A stretch of DNA of 64,000 nt. Source: Stylophora pistillata (Eukaryota). Of this stretch, positions 36,813 to 49,200 are shown piece by piece; the stretch's first letter is position 1, and each line of letters opens with the position of its first letter. The stretch covers positions 552,671-616,670 of the forward strand of contig NW_019217819.1 of assembly GCF_002571385.2 (NCBI RefSeq), given 5' to 3'. The translations under genes and the position numbers were made by a program. Below the pieces are notes generated by a model, which was not told where the DNA came from, did not search any database, and worked only from the letters and a program-made list of their open reading frames with translations.

Positions 36813-38059
36813 CCACTCCAGTATATTAATTACTTGCATGATGCTCTCTGTATGTATTTCCTTGGCAGCTGCAAGGTTTGTGTAGTGGAAAACTGTGGTG
36901 GGGGGTCTTGAAAAGGCTAAGGCCGCTTGCCGATGGCAGGGTTTATAAGACCAAGGTCTGATTTCACACTTTATTTACTGATGTTAAGCCATTTTCCTTC
37001 TCTCTCCCTCCAATCATGTTCGTAGTTGCTGACCTTTTCCACACATAGCAACCACAGTATCCCAAAACAAGCAAGAGGAACATTTCTTAATAAGATATAG
37101 TTTCCAATGTTCTTTTCCGATAAAATTCTCGTTTGAAATATGCTTCTAAGCTTAGACAGGTTCTTTGTTACAACCATTACCATGCGTCTGAAATGATCCC
37201 TAGTCACGTGAAATAACATTACATAGTAGATACATTAGATCTTGGCTGTGGTACTTTCCAGAAGTAGAATTTTGAGGTGTTGGATTCAGTGACATCAGGA
37301 AAAAAATAGGAGCAAGAGTGAGAACCAACAACAGAGTTGATCTTCATGTAACACAAGGTCCAGGAATGCAAGGCCAGGTAGGTGAGAACTCTTGCACTGC
37401 CCCATCACCGTTTTCCTCAACCCAACTCACTTAAACTGTTTCCAACTGTGACGGACATTCTACAAGATGCTTGCTAGAACAATATCTACAATGGTTGTGG
37501 AGTGAAGGGAATTACTGGTTGAATTTGCAGAGAAAAACACAGTAGATTCATGTTTAGTGTGCTGGTATTGGTAATGGATCATAAAGGTCATTGTGAAGGG
37601 TATCTCAATTAACAGTATATCTCTTCTGTCAGGAGAATAATTGAATACTAGCAAGTTGTTAAGGAAAATTGACAAAATCATGGAAGAGCACCTTCAGAAG
37701 ACTGGCATCCTATGCACGGGGTATGACAGTATCCCTACTCACACTAGAAACCACCCCATGGGCCATCTTGCCAAAGCAAACAGGAGTTTCATTAAGGGCC
37801 TGGGCACTGGGTAAATTGACCGGTCGTGAGGATGGTGTTGCCCACCTGGTTTGATGATCTGGAGGAAAGCTTAGCTCAAAGAGAAGTTCAGTTCAAAAAG
37901 TTTAGCCCATCTGTGAAAACCAGTTGCCCCTCTGCTGAAAACATAAATGAAACCCCTGGCAAGTTAAATTTGCGTTATTAACCCAAAGTCCCCCATAAAT
38001 TTCAACACTCTTATTGAGTGGCACACAATGACTTGCACAATAAGTAAATAGATTGAAAC

Positions 38060-39546
38060 TGTTTAAATTTTATTCAATAAATTAATACGAAACAATCCTG
38101 AGTATTATATTATAACATTTAGCTGTCCTTGTTATGAACAGTGATATTAGAGCACAAAATTATTGTTTAGAAGAACCTTTGCAATTCCTCAAATCCAACT
38201 TTGAAGATAAACTGTACAGGAAATTGTCAAAGAAAGTGTTCAAATCTGAGAAGCAAGATTTCTACACCTTAAGATAAATGAAATATTCTTTTGAGAGGCT
38301 GGTAGAATAAGATATTATGCTTGAAAGCTCATTCAATAAATAATGTCACAAAGTTGCATTTCATGAATTGCAAAGACAAAGCTTAGCACATTTGCTAGGA
38401 ATACACTCAAACAATCTTTAGGAATTAATTGGGTAATCAAAACCTTGAACGAATGATCTACAGCATATTTCAACATTGCGATGATCATTGACAGTTTCAG
38501 AATTTTTTTTTATTGGGAAGGTTGTGATACTAGGATGTGTACAACATGGAATTTTATCCTTTGGCCGTAATTCCGTTGAAATCAACTTTGTCGCAATCAT
38601 CTAATTTGCCGATTCTTTTAAGATCAGAAAAAAAATCTAACTTTGACCTGTTTGCTCAGATTGCAAACTTGTAATTCCAAGACGAAATTGGATCAAAATT
38701 TGTTAACCTCACTTTAACTAGTATCACAATGCGTTTTTAATGAGTGAATGAACATAACATTAACACATTAAAAAACTGTTTTTTGTCCATCGATCTTCAA
38801 ATTAAAAATTCAAACGTGAACAAATTTAGCGCTGTTAGCTAAGAGTTACCTTGACACTCTACGAGAACACAATATACCAATGAAAGTACTAAACATTCAT
38901 AAACCTTCCATTTCGAAGGTTTGGCTGCAATCTTGAATTTGTCTCACTTTAATAAGCGAACCGATTCGATTTCGAGGCACAATTAATTTAACATTTGCGT
39001 TGTCGCTTTATTTTCTCTTCAAACTGAAATATTATTACTGAAACAAAAAATATATCTAACATTAGGAATATATATCTCATTCATAATATATATTTAGTCG
39101 ATCTTTGAAGTCAACGATTACGTTATTGTACGTGTGCACAAAATATTCACGTTCGTGATAAAAAATAACACATCTTCAGAAATTTATTAGGCTGGGAAAA
39201 TTAAATCGTTTGAAAACTTTCTCTAGTTCTGTTTTAACACCGATGACTACTTCTACAATTAAAACTAACAACTGTATTCTACGATCTACTTCGATTTTAA
39301 TTCCCAGGACGCGTAATTCTCTAAAATTATCTATAACAACTGCGATTTTCTCGCGTTCAACCGAATAAACTTTCCTTAACATTTTCGGGGACTATCAGGC
39401 GTTGCTTAACTAAGGTAACAACGTTCTTTTCAACCAAAATATTGTTAACTTGTTTTTGTTCAATTCACGGAACGAATCCTCTCTCGGGATAGCCGTGGTC
39501 TTCCTAGGTACATCATTGCAGTACCAACGACTTGATTTAGTTCTCG

Positions 39547-39599
<53 letters not shown>

Positions 39600-40642
39600 G
39601 CCCATGGGATAATATTGTATCCACCAGAGCCAATGTAGAAAAAGTTTTGAAAAGAAATGGGGACGCTTTTGATGGTTTCTTTTTCACGTAGGGAAGATTA
39701 AGTTAACACACCAATTTCAAGAATTAGCTCAAAGAATTCTCCGAAGTGGCGTTAACAATGGCATAACTTAGAACAAAAACAAAGCTATGAAAATTGTGAA
39801 ACCTTTTCCGCTTCTCAAGGCAAAAGCAAATTGAATGGTAAACGAACCTCTATTGAGACCATTCACACCTTTCCTTTTTTTCAGGCCATACCGTCGGTCC
39901 GTTTGAGTTCAGCGTCCAAATTATGTTATTAACCACTCCTCTAATGTACGTTGTCAAAATGAGAGCCTTACACAAATAGTTAATTCTTCTTACTGTTTCT
40001 TTCTAGAGAAACGCTTTAAATAATCAAGCAAAACTCGGCATTTAAATAGACTATGAGCTTACGACATGTTAAAATGTTGGTACGAACCAGAGGTGCGGCA
40101 ATGAACATAATTCATGCCACATTTTCACGAAGGAATCAAATAAATACATTCCAAGAAATACGCTATAAATTTCGCACAATATTTCTGCCTAACAAGTTGT
40201 GTTTTGAATTTACCGAAAAGTACACGAGCTCTTTAAATTAGTGACGAATTTGTGTGGAGACGAAAGACGGCGTGTATGTTGTCAGCAAAAAATGTCGTGA
40301 AATACAAATTCTTGGATAGTGGGTTTGGCTTAAACCATGCAACTCTGCTTTAAAAATCTCTCTGAGCCATTCTCCAATTTCTAGCGCTTGACACACTACT
40401 CGAAATCAAAAATATATTTTAAAGCTTAAGAATAGCAACCCTTAATAATTAACAAACGATCGATGGTAGAAAGTCCCTTGATTTCTGCTGTCATGCAAAT
40501 GTTTACATTATCTCGCGGCGTTCAAATTGAAGAACATCTTGCCGGGCAAAAAATTAACCTTATCGCCTAGACGTTCTTAATAGAAATCTACTTCACACGA
40601 TAGTGAAAAAGCAACTACACATCAACCTGCGTTTGTCAATGG
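38060..40642 (-). other. Probable long (~2.6 kb) 3' UTR of TRIM71
   Basis: AT-rich, free of the MITE/SINE families seen in the introns. It contains a 49-nt U-tract (plus-strand A at 39547-39595) and a minus-strand AATAAA at 38069-38074. Confidence 0.55.
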
Positions 40643-42976
40643 TTAAAACACTTGTATGCGATTGTTGCCAAAATCTACTACAATGATAGCTCCTTCGTTG
40701 CTTACACATATACCTGAGGGGCGATCAAGCTGGCCAGGTGCATTGCCGTGTATTCCAAACTTGCAGAGGAAGTTTCCATTGGGTTGGAAGATCTGAATTC
40801 GATGATTCTTTGAGTCAGCAACGATGATGTTTCCTTCTTGGTCCACAGCGACTCCTTGAGGGCGTAGGAACTCTGTGTTCTTACTACCCTCCACTCCCAA
40901 AAACCAGGCATGTTGGAAGTCCGCTCTGATCACAAGGAATCTGTGGTTGTTGAAGTCGGTGACGATCATATGGCCTTCATGATTAAACGCTACACCGCGG
41001 GGAGAATCAAACTCTTTCCAGTGGATGCCTTCAAAGCCAAACTTGCCGAGGAACTTGCCCTCCCTGTTGAAGAGTTGGACACGGTGATTACGCGTGTCCG
41101 AAACTAGAATGTTACCCTCGCTGTTGCAAGCCACGTCCCAGGGGTAGCTAAACTGGCCATTCTTGCAACCTTTATCGCCAAATTTTAGAATGAAAGTTCC
41201 ATCGGCGTTGAAAACTTGGATACGATGGTTGTCCTTATCAGCAACGATAATACGTCCATCGGTGTCACAAGTCACCCCTGCCGGCCGATCAAACTGTCCA
41301 TTTCTAGAGCCTGCAGATCCGAACTTGAGACGAAAATTCCCGTAGCAATCGAAGACTTGAATACGGTTGTTGCTTCGATCAGCAACGATAATATTGCCAT
41401 CTTTATCGCAGCAAACGCCCCATGGACGACAAAGTTCACCATCAGCTTCACCCTCAGAGCCGAAAAAACGAACGACTGGCCCTATGCCAACGTAATTTCG
41501 ACCCTTGATAACTGTTACTCTGAACGGAGAATCGTTTATGTGTTGACCGCGTATGGTCACTGAAATAATATGTTCTCCAGTCACTTGAGGACGATAAGAA
41601 ACTGTGTAAGTTCCATTTTGTCGATCGCTAACCTCTGCTCGATAGAAGATCCCATCAGGACCTTGTACTTGGACGAGCAAGGGGTCCCCTCCGATACAGC
41701 GGTTTTCGCCTTGATGATCTTTAGCTTGCACCATAAACATAGCAACTTTGCCGCGAATACCTCGTCTTAACCCGTCGCCAGTTGCACAAGAATACGGAGT
41801 GAAAGCACTACTACTAACAATACCCAGAGAACTAATGGCTGTTTGCAAAGCCTGGTCTGGAGGTGTGAATAATATGGCGTCATCTTCGTGGGGTTGTAAT
41901 AGGCCACGTTTCGCTCTAAGTTCATTTAGGTGTTCTGATAAACGACCCTTAGCGGCAAGCAATTCCGGGTCCGAGCTCAGTTCTAACGTCCTCTCAGACG
42001 ATTCGCAAACGTTTAAAACTTTACCTAAGCTAGTCTTGAGTTCATCGATCTGTAAATGAAGGGATTTACCTTTTATTTGGCGCACTTTCTCCACGCGTCG
42101 TAAGAGCTCTCTCTCTCGCTCCTCTAATGCAGCCATGTGTCTGCGTACGGTTTGCCTGATCTCGTTGGAGACTGTTTGTGCCCTGTATTCCACTTGCTCT
42201 GCGATCGCTTGCGATGAACTCACCGATTCTTCCAATTTACAAATCTCTGTTTTCGCATCAACGATCAACTTTCCCACGATCGCTTTAGTTGATTCAACCG
42301 CCTCGCGAAGGTACTGGAAACTATGGCCTCGATGATCTTGGAAAGTACACTCACTACAGACCGGAGTAAAACACGTCTCGCAGTAAAGCCGCAAAAATTC
42401 AGTTTCGTGTTTTCCACATTTTATCAACCCTTCCGAAGGAGTTTTATCGCCCATCGTCGGCAAGGGCGAAATTGAAATGGTCGGCGATGACGCTAACGTT
42501 GATGTGGCAAGGGTCGTTTTGTTCTGCATCATAGCAGCTTCTTCAATAAATGAAACGATTCGATGATCTTTGGTCATTCGGACCCTTTGATGAGCTCTAA
42601 CACAACTTTCACATAAATACTCACTGCAGTCTTTACAGTGCGCCGTTACCATTGATCCTTCACTACAGTTATTGCAATCACGGATCACGGCTCGTATCAA
42701 GCTGCTCGTTTCGAAGCTTTCTTGGCTCGGAACTAGCACATCCAAAATATTATGACTGAAGATGTTGGTAGGCAATCCGTCTATTCCGGCCTCAGACAGA
42801 GGAACGTTTAGACGACAAGTTGGGCATTTTAACCGACCATTTTCCACCGCTTCCGTCAGGCAGTTCTTACAAAAAGTATGTAAACACGGCAAAACTTTTG
42901 GATCGTCGAAGCCGTTCTGACATAGAGGACAAGGTATTTTGGTTTGTCCAGCTAACTTATCCAAGCCCTCGGCCAT
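40643..42976 (-). CDS. TRIM71: TRIM-NHL E3 ligase / RNA-binding protein TRIM71 (lin-41), single coding exon
   Basis: Uninterrupted ORF with RING (CPLC...CLHTFCKNC...CPTC), B-box1, B-box2, coiled coil, filamin repeat and six NHL repeats (LCRPWGV, FDRPAGV, FSYPWDV, FDSPRGV, FLRPQGV, LDRPSGI) ending NNRIQVF, the lin-41 signature. Likely start is gaaATGG at 42976; an in-frame ATG also lies at 43000. The track's 43087 start is a GTG. Confidence 0.95.
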   Translation of the reverse strand: MAEGLDKLAGQTKIPCPLCQNGFDDPKVLPCLHTFCKNCLTEAVENGRLKCPTCRLNVPLSEAGIDGLPTNIFSHNILDVLVPSQESFETSSLIRAVIRDCNNCSEGSMVTAHCKDCSEYLCESCVRAHQRVRMTKDHRIVSFIEEAAMMQNKTTLATSTLASSPTISISPLPTMGDKTPSEGLIKCGKHETEFLRLYCETCFTPVCSECTFQDHRGHSFQYLREAVESTKAIVGKLIVDAKTEICKLEESVSSSQAIAEQVEYRAQTVSNEIRQTVRRHMAALEERERELLRRVEKVRQIKGKSLHLQIDELKTSLGKVLNVCESSERTLELSSDPELLAAKGRLSEHLNELRAKRGLLQPHEDDAILFTPPDQALQTAISSLGIVSSSAFTPYSCATGDGLRRGIRGKVAMFMVQAKDHQGENRCIGGDPLLVQVQGPDGIFYRAEVSDRQNGTYTVSYRPQVTGEHIISVTIRGQHINDSPFRVTVIKGRNYVGIGPVVRFFGSEGEADGELCRPWGVCCDKDGNIIVADRSNNRIQVFDCYGNFRLKFGSAGSRNGQFDRPAGVTCDTDGRIIVADKDNHRIQVFNADGTFILKFGDKGCKNGQFSYPWDVACNSEGNILVSDTRNHRVQLFNREGKFLGKFGFEGIHWKEFDSPRGVAFNHEGHMIVTDFNNHRFLVIRADFQHAWFLGVEGSKNTEFLRPQGVAVDQEGNIIVADSKNHRIQIFQPNGNFLCKFGIHGNAPGQLDRPSGICVSNEGAIIVVDFGNNRIQVF

Positions 42977-43189
42977 TTCACCGTCGCAAAATAATCGCAT
43001 TGAATCTGAATAAACTGGGCGCAAGTCACAGTTACCACTGTGTCCTTGGCGATCTATGCAATGGAATGATTTTCGCTCCTCGAGCACATGTGATCGACTC
43101 TCTCTGCTTCACTACAGTGTGTTCATTCGCTGCGTCACTTTCATGCACACGGTTTCCTTTGAGTTACCAGCGGCTTTGTTCCGTTTTGA

Positions 43190-43700
43190 AAGAGCCAATC
43201 ACAATTCGTTTCATCTGATGAGAAGGCGTGGCGGGAAAAGAATTCACATGGCCATTACATTTTGACATTACGTATCTGTCAATCAAAAACCCAGTTAACA
43301 TGAACACTGGCCAATGAGGAGTGCGTATTTACGATGCCTGCCGGCCGTAAATTACTGAGAACACAAGCGTGTTACATCTAATTTTATGTAATATGAAACA
43401 ATGGAGAGATTGAGCCAGCGAACTGCAGGATTGTACGTGACAGGAATCGCGATCCACTGGGTTTCGCGCGGAGGAGCTGGCACGTTTTCGCTCACCCCGA
43501 ACCTTCTCTAAACAATTTTTTTTTGGTAAATTTCGCCTTAACCCGTTGTGGGGGCATAAGGTTGAATTTGAAAAGAGAAAATTAATTAGATCTGACATCC
43601 ATGATTCGTCAACCATGTCATGTCACACAAAAACAAACCATCATTACAAGAAGATCAAATGCATAGGGCCTGTTGCATCCTCAAATTTTTGGCGGAAAGC
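43190..43700 (-). promoter_or_regulatory. Putative TRIM71 promoter with E2F-like and CCAAT motifs
   Basis: Plus-strand readings: GGCGGGAAA 43230-43238, TTTCGCGC ~43462, TTTGGCGG ~43688, CCAAT at 43195 and 43311. The region is comparatively CpG-rich and repeat-free. Confidence 0.4.
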
Positions 43701-46009
43701 CATCCCATTTCACGATCGCTTCCGCTCTGAACAATCCTGCGGTTTCCTGTTGTTAAGACCGACGACTGAAATGGAAAATTTTTTACGAATGATTGCAAAC
43801 GTTGTTCCATAGCTATGTAAATTCAAAGAACTTTGACACCTCTGGCACATAAACGGGGGACGAAGAGACGCTACTTTGACATTTTACATGCTCAGTATTG
43901 ATGCATCCGAGGTCATCGGGACGACATCGTCTTGTTCGCACAAAAAAAGAGTATTTTTATGATATGTAAAATCTCTCATTTGTGACCTTAAGAGGCCACC
44001 TTTCAGTCAAACATGATCTTTATTCAACGATCGCTACTTTGGAACCCTCGTTTGGGACACTTTATCTAGTGTAGTTAATATGAACGACGCCACACAGGTT
44101 GACAACAAATAAACATACTATGTTTAGGGCGAACAGAAATATCCCCGTAATCACTTAAAAACACTAAAAGAGAACTACAGCTTATTATCCCAATCAAATG
44201 CGTTCTATCAACAAATCACGGCGTTATGGCTTTGTTGCCGGCTTGATCGTGTTATATGTACTTTAAACTCGGGTGTAAGGATATTTAGCAGATACTGAGT
44301 ACCGGAAGTTAGGACGTGACGTTCAAAAACTCACGTCGATCATTGCGCTTATTATGTTTCGAAATCTCCCAGTGATAGGTGCAGGCAAGCATGACCACTT
44401 CATTCGCCCGTAAAGGCAAAACATGAATATTTTAAATCAGTGAGGTGGAAATGTAAACATAACGAACTTATTTATGTGTTAAATGTTCCAGTTATAAATT
44501 ACAGCGCTGTTAAGATGAGAAAATAACTTGCGGATTTAGTTACAGTTCGTCTTGAAGAATCCAAGCCATATTCTGGAGAAATCTAAATTTTATCCCACAC
44601 ATGAATCGCCGCGAATCACCCAAAGGTTTTTACCGTGTCTTGTATATATGCTTGGTATGTAGGCTCTTACCTCCATATCTTTCTGTCGTTTACAAAAGAG
44701 ACTCCTAGAGAAAGATATGCTGTGTTAGTTCCTAGGATGCTCTCAGCCAGGCTTATATGCTGTGAGGTTATAACACGCCACCCGCGAGGCATGTTGCAAG
44801 CTTTTTCTGGTCTGTGTTAGTTATATTTGTTCACACTGTTTAGGTTTGTGGATCAAACTGAACGAAAATCGATCAACTACTTTTAAAAACCATAGGAGGA
44901 TTCAGTGTTTTTCTTTTTTATTTTACCAAAAGCTCCTCCTAGTCCTTTCGATAAAGCAAACAGAACCAGATAATTGGGAGTCAAAAATCCGCTTACTTTA
45001 ATAAGTGACTTCATGAGAAAGATAAGCCCACATCAGAGACGCCTGATATGTACCGATTTCCCTTGGGTTGTTGTTACGCGCGTGGGCTGACTTGCAGGAT
45101 GCAAACTAGTGCCAATATTACTTGTGATCATTAGGTTTGCCTATCGATCGTTTAAGGTAACGACGATACAACACTGGAAAGATCATAATCTAACCACATT
45201 AAGCATGTATTCTTAGGCATCTTGCCTAAAAGCTAAAAGCTCGAAACATCAGCCAAAACCGCGCAGTAACCCCAGTATAGCTATTTAACCACAAACCAGT
45301 GACAAAATGCGTTGATAGCATAAAAATGCCTGGGTGTCAGTCAACGTGTGAAGAAAGATAATTATTTTAACCGTTTATTCGCCTTTTTGCAGTTCCCTGC
45401 ACTCGTCTAAGTTAGAGTTTAACGGGTGAAAACCTCTCTGAATTTCGAATAGCGAAGTCAAAATGTTAGCAAGCATATATCCATTATCTCAACGTCGATT
45501 TATTTTTTTCCTAATTTAAAAAACTTCTGATTCTTCAGTATTTCCAATGATCACGTCGATACCACAGAGAAAGGACACAGGCATGCAACATGATTGTTAA
45601 TGACCTTTGGAGCTTCAATTAAACTTGACATTCAACAGGTTTTGAATTGTATTGGTAAACTCTTGTCTTCCAAAAATAACATTATTCAGATTCTTTAAAA
45701 AGATAACTGAAGGACACTCTCTTGGATTTCCGCAATGCCAATTTCGGAGCTAAATGGATAAAGTTTATAGTTTGTTCAGGATGTTCCATGCAATGTAGTG
45801 AAACGGACTCCAAGACGAAAACATTATCTTCAGTATTACAGATTCCAGATGAAAGTTTAAGGAAGGCACGTACTCATCAAAAAACCAACTACAAATTTAA
45901 ACTGGATATATTATTCAGTAGAAGGGTTTTCGGCTCTTTAATTAAGTTTGTGATATAAATCATTCACAATCCTATGAGTGCTTTTTTCGGATTAGGATCT
46001 TGCATTACA

Positions 46010-46137
46010 TATATCTTATTTGACGTTTTGTTGTGTAGTATTGCTGAGTATTTTTACGAGTTGTGCAGTATTTTGACTAGCCCGTAGGGCTCGTCAAAAT
46101 ACAAACAACGAGTAAAAATACTCAGCGATACTACACA

Positions 46138-46169
<32 letters not shown>

Positions 46170-46290
46170 AACACCAAGTTGTTATTTCAGTGCGGGCGAA
46201 TTTCGCGGATATTTCTGGAGTACAAATATCGCGTGATATTTGTACTCGTCTCGCGCGTTATTTGCACTCTACAAAGCACAATTAGATAAT
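46010..46290. mobile_element. Palindromic MITE-like element, same family as ~19985-20356
   Basis: Long fold-back at 46025-46145 plus a segment that is the reverse complement of 19985-20060. Confidence 0.7.
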
Positions 46291-49200
46291 AATGGCGCTT
46301 ATTTTCATTTTTGATTTACCACCAAAACGAGAGCGAAATTTCTTGACGCAGACCTTGCCACTGGCTCTTATTCTTCGTCACCCTTAGTTTCGTGGAGTGG
46401 TATGTTTACGTTTTGTGTTCACTCACGCCTATTTCCGCCTATCTACAATTGAGAAATCCTCAAGATCGCTTTACCGGCAGTTGCAATTTACTTCTATTTT
46501 TGGTCAGGTACTGCTTCATTTGAAGAATTTTCGCTGTTCATTGGTTACATCAGTCACTGTTTTGTAAACTCTGCCGTTTTCTAAACACTCGCTGTTTATA
46601 AAAGAGATCACGGAGGCAAAGTGGCTTTGAATGCGACAACGAAGACTAAAAAGTAAACCTTCAGAAAACCCGGCTGGGTGTTCAAGTAGGACGCGAATCG
46701 ATAATTAAGGAAACCGATTTCTTAAATCGAAAGCCATTCGAGACATTAGACAAATGAGCATACATTTGTTTCTGGAGTAGGTGGTCTTAAGGATATCCTG
46801 AAGTATTAGAGTTACAAAAAAAAAAAAAAAAACAGATTACGAAACAAGATTGCAAAATATCGGCTTCAAGGTCGATTCAAACCAAGCTATCGTGATATTC
46901 GCGCGTTGATAATGATTTGTATAGTCGAGAAGAATGACAGTTGTGGTTTTCAAATGGAAACTTGTTCAATTGGAAATACGTTTAAAAGTAGAATAACGAT
47001 ACTGGGTTTTTACTGAGGAATTGCGAAACTTGGCAGGAAAAAAACAAGAGATACAAACTCTAAACTCTTCTGAAGTTAAATTTTCGCAGTTACATAATAT
47101 CAAGGTTACTATCGTTTGTCCGTGTCGAGTGACGCGTTTTTGTTAATTTTTCTTTTAGTAATGCAAATAAATCCAATCGTTGTTTTGAAAGTTGTTATCG
47201 TTCTCTTTTTATCCTTTCTCTAGTTTGAGGATAATTTTGCGCGGCTGAATTACGAACTGAGACTCCCTGATCTCTCACCATCCTTCTTCAATTTGCGGCG
47301 AATTCTGCCGAGTATCTGAACGCTTGATCGCATGTTCGAAGCCTTCTATGCACGTGAATTCATTTTACATTTGAGTTCACCACGGGTCATTAGGGTCATT
47401 TCATTCATAATTCACGAGGCTCAAGATTTAAAAAAAATTTACTTCTCCCTGCAACAGTTAAACTGTAACTTAATTAACTATCAGAAGTGAGTGCAAATTA
47501 AGTTTCGGTGTACTAAAGTGCTCTTAAGAAGGAAGACCTCTTGTGAAATATGAATCCGTTATCTGCATCCGGTATGGGTTACAAAAAGATATAAGTATAC
47601 AGGCTGTTTCGGAACTGTTTGGGAAGGCATGCCTACTAAAACCCGAAACAACAAAACGGAACGAACAAAACAAAACCAACGAAACGACCAAAAAAAAAAT
47701 ACTAAAAAAAAAAAAAAATAGTCAAAATTATTAAAATGATTGCTAGAGAGTCAGACGTAATATTCTTCTCGCTTCGATTATGATTTTCATCACGGGGAAA
47801 CTCGATTGTTGTTGGCTCGATTGCTTTGTACTTAGGTTGGCCTCATAAACCGGGCTCAGTTTACACAATATAAAGGCATCTCGTCTGGAACATGGTAGCA
47901 ATATCAAAAGATTTTGTCGGGTAAACTGGTTTGCGTCGTCTTTGGCTTTGAGAAGTAAAAGAACATCCAGTGAAACATGAAGAAAAAAAAAAAAAGGTAA
48001 AAAAAGAAAAAGGTGATTTGACTTGGAATAGCCTTGACTTGGATAAGAATTAAAATACTACACAAAATACTACACAACGTCGAGGAAACCTTAATTGAAA
48101 AATAAAGTAAAAAGAAAATCACAAACATAGACTTGGTCAATGAATGCTGGCATTTTTTTTTTTTTTTTTTTTAATTTTATTTCTCTCCTTTGCGCATTCC
48201 GTCCTGGAAATTGACATTAAGTGTCAATTAAGGCATTTTAACTGTTATGCTTTCACGTGGTGAAAAGGAAAAAAAAAAACAGTTTCGTGTGACAGCCTTG
48301 ATGTTTAAAAGCCCTAACTGCGAGAGCCTGAGTATCGCAGTGAAGTGAAATTACATTTTCCTCGGCATTTCATCTTCCGCCCGTCTCGATCGTTTTGTTG
48401 ACATGTTTCTCCGTGCTCCGTTTTTTCCGTTCTTTCCGTTCTGCTGCTTCGGGCTTTTGTACATGCCATTCCGGAACGCCCGGTTGAGATCATTAAAGGT
48501 TTAAATGACTCTCAGATAAGAATTAAAAAAAAATATAATTTCCTGCTGTGAAAAATCCTGATAAATAACTCTCTCAGATAATTTTAGAAAGCATCAGAGA
48601 CGAAAGTGAGTTTGTGAAAGTTTAGCGGAAATTATTTCTGTCAACAAGTCAGTCGTTAACTTGCTGCTTGTAGCCCAGGCCTGCTTGTAGCCAAGACATA
48701 AATTTTCAAGATACGCGAATTTTAAAGTGTAACTTGAGCTGAACTACAACGTTAACAACGACCAATTTCAATATCATTACCTTAAAATTACCTAGCTACC
48801 AACATGTAGTTTCGTAACAGGCCTCATGTCACATAACTGCCCGATAGGTATCTAGAAGGCATGTGTCTATGCCGCGTTGTAGCTTGAATCATTATTTCAG
48901 ATATCTTGCATCCGGCCTCATTACTTTTCTTGTCTATCTATTCATTTATTTATTCGTTTCAGGCTTTCTGTAGTTGCTTTCATTGTAGATAACTTTCGCA
49001 GACTATCCATAAATCAATTAAGATTTATTTTGTAAACTATTTGCGGACAACAACAATCTTACCAAATGTATGCTTGGACCAAAGAGTACGACATTTAATT
49101 CAAAACTGACCGATGCAAATCGTCCTTGACCCTTGCCTGAGATCTATAAATTAAATCTCGACGTCTCCATTCTATCCGATTTTCTTTTAATTTCACCGCT

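Noticed and set aside
38391-38398. TTTGCTAG, a seed-only match to miR-2022 (as recalled) in the TRIM71 3' UTR
   Set aside because: An 8-mer is expected by chance, and seed-only pairing is not thought sufficient in cnidarians.
40702-43265. Short ORFs antisense to or overlapping TRIM71
   Set aside because: Shadow frames of a long GC-richer CDS with no independent support.
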